Source: an uncultured OCS116 cluster bacterium
GTDB lineage: Bacteria > Pseudomonadota > Alphaproteobacteria > Rhizobiales > TMED25
Direction: 5' to 3'
Assembly: GCA_902538185.1 (NCBI GenBank)
Contig: CACBED010000001.1
Span: forward strand, 111,434-175,433
Length of the DNA stretch: 64,000 bases
Below are positions 60,209 through 64,000 of the stretch, in pieces. Position 1 is the first letter of the stretch, and every line of letters starts with the position of its first letter. Both the position numbers and the translations under genes were made by a program. Below the pieces are notes generated by a model. It was not told the DNA's origin. It saw nothing but the letters and a program-made list of their open reading frames with translations, and did no database searches.

Positions 60209-60625
60209 TTATTGAGGTTGCCCCATATCACAAATGATATTCCATTCTCTTTCAGTCACAGGTTGTACTGACAATCTAGAATTTTTCACGAGCACCATAT
60301 CACTCAAAGAGGCAGTAAGCTTTATGGTGTCCAAATTCACCGGGTTTGCGAAACTCTTGTGGTAAGCGAGGTCTACACATCTCCACGTACTGTCATTGGT
60401 TGTTGTATCGTTGTGGGCTTCAGCAATTACCTTAACAATGCCCACGATATTCCGTTCTTTAACTGAATGATAAAAAAAGCCTAGATCATCTACCTTCATC
60501 TTATCCATGTTGTTTCTTGCTTGATAATTTCTAACCCCGTCCCATTCTGTGCCTTTAGAACCTGCAGCGATTTGGTCATTCCAGGACCATGTATTCGGTT
60601 CAGATTTAAAAAGCCAGTACGCCAT
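60209..60625 (-). CDS. EVE (PUA-like) domain protein
   Basis: 138 aa: MAYWLFKSEPNTWSW..., GVRNYQARN and FYHS motifs. Confidence 0.85.
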   Translation of the reverse strand: MAYWLFKSEPNTWSWNDQIAAGSKGTEWDGVRNYQARNNMDKMKVDDLGFFYHSVKERNIVGIVKVIAEAHNDTTTNDSTWRCVDLAYHKSFANPVNLDTIKLTASLSDMVLVKNSRLSVQPVTEREWNIICDMGQPQ

Positions 60626-60627
60626 AA

Positions 60628-61617
60628 CTAATCCTTGCTTGTATTTTCATCCCTAAGCGGTCTATTCATTAATAGGCCAATTTCGTTATCAACAGATCCA
60701 TTATTATATAATATATTATAAACTGCATCAATTATTGGTAGCTTGACCTTTTTCTTTTTGGAAATATTATAAACTGCATTAGTGGTATAAAAACCTTCGG
60801 TCAGGTCTTTTGAGATGTTCTTTAATCCATCTGAGATACCGATTTGATTACCAAGTTTGGTGTTCCTTGATTTTAAACTTGTTGCAGTCAAAACCAAATC
60901 ACCTAATCCTGATAGACCAAAAAATGTCTCTTTTTTTGCTCCCATAATCATTCCAAAGGTAATAATTTCATTCATGCCACGCGTTATTAAAGATGCAACA
61001 GCCCCATCACCTAATTTTTTGCCCATTGCGATGCCTGTGGCAATTGCTATTACGTTTTTTAGCGCCCCACCAATTTGAACACCGACGACATCGTCATTGA
61101 AATAAGGACGAAAGTTATTACTAGCGAGAAGCTGCCCTATATTTTCAAGACTAGAATGTGAGTCCGAAGCCAATGTGATTGCTATTGGATGTCCATTTGC
61201 GAGATCAATTGCAAAACCCGGTCCTGATAAAATTACCGGGACACAATCTGGCAGATTTTCTTTGCTGATTTCTGTGAGAAGTTTATTTGAATTTATGTCA
61301 ATACCCTTACAAGCGATCACTAGTGGTTTATTGATGCTTGTTATAATACGGATTTTTTGTGTGATTATATCAAACTCCTGAGTTGGGGATGCATATATTA
61401 ATGTATCACTGTTTAATACTTCCTCTAAAGAATCTGTAAATTTGATTTTTTCACTGATGATTATATCATCTAATTTTGGCGTCTTTCTCTCAGAATTAAG
61501 CTTCCTTGACTTTTGCTTATCATGGTGCCACAAACATACGGCACAACCATTTTTTTCTAAGCTAATTCCAAGAGCAATTCCCCAGGCCCCAGCTCCAATT
61601 ATTCCAACTTTTTTCAT
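60628..61617 (-). CDS. gpsA: NAD(P)H-dependent glycerol-3-phosphate dehydrogenase
   Basis: VGIIGAGAWG Rossmann motif and GALKNVIAIATG and GLGDLVLT signatures. Confidence 0.95.
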   Translation of the reverse strand: MKKVGIIGAGAWGIALGISLEKNGCAVCLWHHDKQKSRKLNSERKTPKLDDIIISEKIKFTDSLEEVLNSDTLIYASPTQEFDIITQKIRIITSINKPLVIACKGIDINSNKLLTEISKENLPDCVPVILSGPGFAIDLANGHPIAITLASDSHSSLENIGQLLASNNFRPYFNDDVVGVQIGGALKNVIAIATGIAMGKKLGDGAVASLITRGMNEIITFGMIMGAKKETFFGLSGLGDLVLTATSLKSRNTKLGNQIGISDGLKNISKDLTEGFYTTNAVYNISKKKKVKLPIIDAVYNILYNNGSVDNEIGLLMNRPLRDENTSKD

Positions 61618-62678
61618 GCTTTAACCCCTGCACCCCGGACCTTACTCGCATTTTCGTCAAGTGGCCACCTTGTCCTAATAGTTACACTTTCCTGATAGAA
61701 ATTACCAGAATTCATTCTTTCAATACCAGCCCAGGCAATCATAGCTGCGTTATCAGTACAAAGCTCTTTTGGGGAAACATGAACATTGAAATTTTTCTTT
61801 TTACTTATACTATTAATTGAGGAGAATATAGCTTTGTTTGATGCAACTCCCCCTGCTAAAACCACATCAATATCGTCTGAATAATTTTTCTTGAAATAGT
61901 CAACAGCAATTTGTAATTTATTTTCCAATATATCAATGACAGAATCTTGAAATGCTGCACAAATGTCAGAGCATGATTTTTCATTTATAGGGAGTGAGTT
62001 ATCGATTTCTTGCTTTACAGCTGTTTTAAGCCCAGAAAATGAGAAATTCATTTCTTTGGAATTATAAAGAGGACGCGGAAAAGATATAGCACTTCCATTG
62101 CCATGTTCTGCCAATTTCTCTATTATGGGTCCCCCAGGATAGCCAAGATTGAGTGATTTTGCAGTTTTATCATATGCCTCTCCAAGAGCATCATCTATTG
62201 TCGTTCCCAGCCTTTCATAATCTCCGATGCCTTTTACGATGAGAATCTGTGTATGCCCACCCGTGACAAGTAGAAGTAAATAAGGAAAATTTATTTTTCG
62301 GATCATCCTTATAGTTAATGCGTGACCCTCAAGATGATTTATTCCAATAAGTGGTTTTTCTAGGATACTTGCCATTGTTTTTGCAAAAGTGACCCCAACC
62401 AATAATCCACCTTTGAGTCCTGGTCCTGATGTAACAGCAATAGCGTTCAGAGAACTATAATTTATTTCTGCGTCCTTGACTGATTTTTGAACTACCACAT
62501 CAATGTTATTAATGTGCGATCTGGCGGCGATCTCAGGCACAACTCCCCCGTAGTCTTTATGTTCTGATATTTGTGAGTAGATAATATTTGATAAAATATT
62601 GCATTGCTGGTTTTTATCATATTCTAATACTGCTGAACATGTCTCATCACAACTTGTTTCTATGCCAAGTACAATCAT
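61614..62678 (-). CDS. tsaD: tRNA N6-adenosine threonylcarbamoyltransferase TsaD
   Basis: LGIETSCDET N-terminus, HLEGH metal motif, and GGVASN. Confidence 0.96.
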   Translation of the reverse strand: MIVLGIETSCDETCSAVLEYDKNQQCNILSNIIYSQISEHKDYGGVVPEIAARSHINNIDVVVQKSVKDAEINYSSLNAIAVTSGPGLKGGLLVGVTFAKTMASILEKPLIGINHLEGHALTIRMIRKINFPYLLLLVTGGHTQILIVKGIGDYERLGTTIDDALGEAYDKTAKSLNLGYPGGPIIEKLAEHGNGSAISFPRPLYNSKEMNFSFSGLKTAVKQEIDNSLPINEKSCSDICAAFQDSVIDILENKLQIAVDYFKKNYSDDIDVVLAGGVASNKAIFSSINSISKKKNFNVHVSPKELCTDNAAMIAWAGIERMNSGNFYQESVTIRTRWPLDENASKVRGAGVKA

Positions 62679-62786
62679 TTTTTTCGTTTGCTATTATATT
62701 AGAATTGTTCTAAACCTGTTAAATAATAGAATAATATCATTAATGAAACTATTTATATAATATTTTATCAGATTAGATTTTTTTAG

Positions 62787-63734
62787 ATGTCTCCCTCCAG
62801 ATCCACACGAAAAATTCGGATAGGTACACGAGCAACTAATCTTGCAATGAGGCAGGCTGAAATTCTTGCCGGCGCGATCATAAACAAAAATTTAGCCAAA
62901 GAAGAAAATATTGAAATAATTAAGATCAAATCTTCAGGGGATATCATCACCTCATCAATTGGACCATATGATGGGAAAAGCTTATTCACTAAAGAGATAG
63001 ATCAAGCGCTTATCGAGGATAGGGTTGACATCGCAGCGCATTCAGTAAAAGATATCGAAAGTTTTCTACCGGAAGGAATTGACCTTCTAGGTGTGCTAAA
63101 AAGAATGGACCCTAGAGACGCATTAATTACCAATGAAAATATTAAAAGTATTGATGAATTACCTAACAACTGCCTAGTTGGGACTGCATCACCTAGAAGG
63201 GGGGCAATTCTCAAGTCACTAAGGCAGGATTTGAATATCATAGAGTTCAGGGGTAATTTTGAAACACGTATTAAAAAATTGCAAAATAAGGAAGTCGACG
63301 CAACCTTGTTAGCTATGGCAGGAATACAAAGATTAAACTTCGCAGAGTCAAATATATTACCATTTGAAACAGATGTTATGATACCAGCCGCAGGTCAAGG
63401 GGCTATTGGTATGGTTGCAAGAACTAACGATAAGGAGATTATGGAAATCATAAGCGATTTAAATCATATTGAGTCATTTACATGTATTCTTGCTGAAAGA
63501 ATGGTTCTTCAAAATTTTGGTGGTTCATGTTTTCAGCCAATTGCGGCTTTTGCTAATTTCGACGATGATGGAAAAATCACAATTAACTCCATGATATCAA
63601 ATGATGATGGTACCCTTCATCATAATGTCAAAGAATATGCTCAAAGAGATACTGTTATGGATATAGCTGGAGATATTGGAAGAAGACTGTTAGAATATTA
63701 TGATAAGTCACTTAAGAGGACAGTCAATAGTTAA
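62787..63734 (+). CDS. hemC: porphobilinogen deaminase (hydroxymethylbilane synthase)
   Basis: IRIGTRATNLAMRQA N-terminus, HSVKD, GTASPRR, RGN(F)ETR, and a cofactor Cys in GGSCFQPIAA. Confidence 0.95.
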   Translation: MSPSRSTRKIRIGTRATNLAMRQAEILAGAIINKNLAKEENIEIIKIKSSGDIITSSIGPYDGKSLFTKEIDQALIEDRVDIAAHSVKDIESFLPEGIDLLGVLKRMDPRDALITNENIKSIDELPNNCLVGTASPRRGAILKSLRQDLNIIEFRGNFETRIKKLQNKEVDATLLAMAGIQRLNFAESNILPFETDVMIPAAGQGAIGMVARTNDKEIMEIISDLNHIESFTCILAERMVLQNFGGSCFQPIAAFANFDDDGKITINSMISNDDGTLHHNVKEYAQRDTVMDIAGDIGRRLLEYYDKSLKRTVNS

Positions 63735-63743
63735 TAACATAAT

Positions 63744-64000
63744 ATGAAGCTCATTATTACAAGACCATTAGCAGACTCAAAACGGATGCAAGATTACTTT
63801 GAGTTACGCGGGGTTGAGTGCTTAATAAATCCACTTCTTGAGATCTTATATAAGAAAAGAAATATAAATTTCTCAAACTATGACCGGGTTTTGTTTACCA
63901 GTAGGCATGCGGTAAGATCGCTGGTCAATAAAAACCCAACATTCTCAAAAAAAAAAGTTCATGCCTGCGGTAGATCAACCTACGCTGAAGTCAAAGAGTT
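63744..64000 (+). CDS. hemD: uroporphyrinogen-III synthase, N-terminal part (runs off the window)
   Basis: MKLIITRPLADS... and VLFTSRHAV motifs, directly downstream of hemC. Not in the ORF track because it is truncated by the window end. Confidence 0.65.
   Translation, partial: MKLIITRPLADSKRMQDYFELRGVECLINPLLEILYKKRNINFSNYDRVLFTSRHAVRSLVNKNPTFSKKKVHACGRSTYAEVKE

Noticed and set aside
1-64000. Search for CRISPR repeats, IS elements or transposases, integrases, prophage genes, restriction-modification, toxin-antitoxin or other defence modules, and rRNA or other structured ncRNA genes.
   Set aside because: None were seen. Every ORF longer than about 130 aa that is not an antisense shadow is assignable to a housekeeping or conserved family. 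No spaced direct-repeat array is visible, and the intergenic spacers are too short or too AT-rich for structured RNAs other than the single tRNA.

Overview
The window is AT-rich, very densely packed and almost entirely housekeeping. Its gene content and order match the origin-proximal region of an alphaproteobacterial chromosome, probably a small, streamlined, free-living genome; the taxon is my inference only. Blocks in order: crotonase fragment, rpsT, rhodanese, dnaA, dnaN, dnaK, dnaJ, dapB, gpmA, PfkB kinase | coaA, hisE-F-A-H, DUF2628, hisB | hslVU | Smr, MltA, Tim44-like | secB | dnaQ, coaE, maf, DUF299 | hemE, hemJ, rho | qor, secreted lyase-like protein | mnmE, mnmG, rsmG, parA, parB | holA, lptE, leuS, DUF3576 | two tandem porins, yggS, cNMP-binding protein | xthA, lolA, ftsK, aminotransferase, amtB, glnK, tesB | ubiH-family | Trm112, LON-domain protein, thioredoxin-TPR | tRNA-Gly, hydantoinase | purH, cupin, rsmB | DUF1674 | acs, EVE, gpsA, tsaD | hemC, hemD. 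I see no CRISPR array, transposase, integrase, phage module, toxin-antitoxin pair or recognisable defence genes. I could not find a convincing novel multi-gene system. The best leads are cis elements and local oddities: (1) a probable oriC in the DUF299/hemE intergenic region, with a perfect DnaA box; (2) a 441-bp AT-rich rpsT-dnaA leader region holding a 30-bp perfect palindrome and an exact 15-mer repeat; (3) a rhodanese gene wedged against and overlapping dnaA; (4) a perfect 16-bp parS inside rsmG; (5) a perfect sigma-54 promoter for glnK-amtB; (6) two tandem, very acidic paralogous porins; (7) a Cys-rich secreted jelly-roll (polysaccharide-lyase-like) protein interrupting the conserved rho-mnmE neighbourhood; (8) eight convergent gene pairs that abut or overlap, leaving no room for terminators. 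All calls come from reading the sequence and translations by eye; no searches were run.
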